From Macrostomum lignano (Eukaryota): a DNA stretch of 64,000 bases. The translations under genes were made by a program, and so were the position numbers. The DNA lies in the NCBI GenBank assembly GCA_002269645.1, contig NIVC01000012.1, positions 62,001 through 126,000 on the forward strand, in the 5' to 3' direction. This document shows positions 62,520 through 64,000 of this stretch, piece after piece. Numbering within the stretch: the first letter of the stretch is position 1; each line of letters begins with the position of its first letter. The notes beneath the pieces were generated by a model. That model saw only the letters and a program-made list of their open reading frames with translations. It was not told where the DNA came from and searched no databases.

Positions 62520-64000
62520 AGAGAAGAGAGATTGGAGAAAGGAGAGAGGAGGCGAGAGGAGAGGAAAGGAGAGAGAAGAGAGGAGAGGCAAGGAGAGAAG
62601 AGAGGCGAGGAGACAGGAGAGACGAGGAGAGAGGAGAGGCGAGGAGACAGGAGAGGCGAGGAGACAGGAGAGGCGAGGAGGGAGGAGAGGCGAGGAGGGA
62701 GGAGAGGCGAGGAGACAGGAGAGGCGAGGAGACAGGAGAGGCGAGGAGGGAGGAGAGGCGAGGAGGGAGGAGAGGCGAGGAGACAGGAGAGGCGAGGAGA
62801 CAGGAGAGGCGAGGAGACAGGAGAGGCGAGGAGGGAGGAGAGGCGAGGAGACAGGAGAGGCGAGGAGACAGGAGAGGCGAGGAGGGAGGAGAGGCGAGGA
62901 GAGAGGAGAGGCGAGGAGGGAGGAGAGGCGAGGAGACAGGAGAGACGAGGAGGGAGGAGAGGCGAGGAGACAGGAGAGGCGAGGAGACAGGAGAGGCGAG
63001 GAGACAGGAGAGGCGAGGAGACAGGAGAGGCGAGGAGACAGGAGAGACGAGGAGGGAGGAGAGGCGAGGAGACAGGAGAGGCGAGGAGGGAGGAGAGGCG
63101 AGGAGACAGGAGAGGCGAGGAGACAGGAAAGACGAGGAGGGAGGAGAGGCGAGGAGGGAGGAGAGGCGAGGAGGGAGGTGAGGCGAGGAGACAGGAGAGG
63201 CGAGGAGGGAGGAGAGGCGAGGAGACAGGAGAGGCGAGGAGGGAGGAGAGGCGAGGAGACAGGAGAGGCGAGGAGACAGGAGAGGCGAGGAGACAGGAGA
63301 GGCGAGGAGACAGGAGAGACGAGGAGGGAGGAGAGGCGAGGAGGGAGGAAAGACGAGGAGGGAGGAGAGGCGAGGAGGGAGGAGAGGCGAGGAGGGAGGT
63401 GAGGCGAGGAGACAGGAGAGGCGAGGAGGGAGGAGAGGCGAGGAGACAGGAGAGGCGAGGAGGGAGGAGAGGCGAGGAGACAGGAGAGGCGAGGAGGGAG
63501 GAGAGGCGAGGAGACAGGAGAGGCGAGGAGACAGGAAAGACGAGGAGGGAGGAGAGGCGAGGAGGGAGGAGAGGCGAGGAGAGAGGAGAGGCGAGGAGGG
63601 AGGAGAGGCGAGGAGAGAGGAGAGGCGAGGAGAAAGGAGAGGCGAGGAGACAGGAGAGGCGAGGAGGGAGGAGAGGCGAGGAGACAGGAGAGGCGAGGAG
63701 ACAGGAAAGACGAGGAGGGAGGAGAGGCGAGGAGGGAGGAGAGGCGAGGAGACAGGAGAGGCGAGGAGACAGGAGAGGCGAGGAGGGAGGAGAGGCGAGG
63801 AGACAGGAGAGGCGAGGAGACAGGAGAGGCGAGGAGGGAGGAGAGGCGAGGAGACAGGAGAGGCGAGGAGACAGGAGAGGCGAGGAGGGAGGAGAGGCGA
63901 GGAGGGAGGAGAGGCGAGGAGACAGGAGAGGCGAGGAGACAGGAGAGGCGAGGAGACAGGAGAGGCGAGGAGACAGGAGAGGCGAGGAGACAGGAGAGAC
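62520..64000. repeat. 17-bp purine-rich minisatellite (GGAGAGGCGAGGAGACA), runs off the window end
   Basis: Seen directly; ORFs 62465 and 63178 are artefacts. Confidence 0.95.

Noticed and set aside
991-64000. Long repetitive ORFs (e.g. [10 protein letters not shown]…, MGGARTSITSG…, GYAVSGAVIGGVKF…, YLAYL…, RGEEGGEAR…)
   Set aside because: They lie wholly within intronic minisatellites and are open in several frames and strands; the flanking exons splice in phase without them.

Overview
Eukaryotic (metazoan) genomic DNA, not prokaryotic: GT-AG spliced genes, and nearly every intron carries its own minisatellite. The style is consistent with a free-living flatworm such as Macrostomum (inference only). 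Spliced by hand on the minus strand: TM9SF2-like (3' end outside the window), an atypical casein kinase 1-like gene, a BMAL/cycle-type bHLH-PAS gene, an intronless MsrB, RPLP0, a small secreted-type gene and an MFS (OFA-like) transporter (5' end not found). On the plus strand: a DC-STAMP-domain (DCST/sneaky/SPE-42 family) gene. Most long ORFs in the supplied track are artefacts of tandem repeats. Main findings: (1) an array of 7-8 degenerate copies of the 28S rRNA helix 69-71 segment (the R2/I-PpoI target region), with variable spacers, starting about 55 bp after the BMAL-like stop codon; (2) five copies of a dual-guide H/ACA snoRNA in and downstream of RPLP0, plus two U19/snR191-like H/ACA RNAs, all predicted to target the same 28S domain IV region; (3) a 70-72 bp tandem repeat placing nine CACGTG E-boxes in an intron of the BMAL-like gene. 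A Mutator-type MITE, a foldback element, a nested TIR element and a tRNA-derived CORE-SINE are also present. All rRNA, snoRNA and protein comparisons were made from memory and need alignment.
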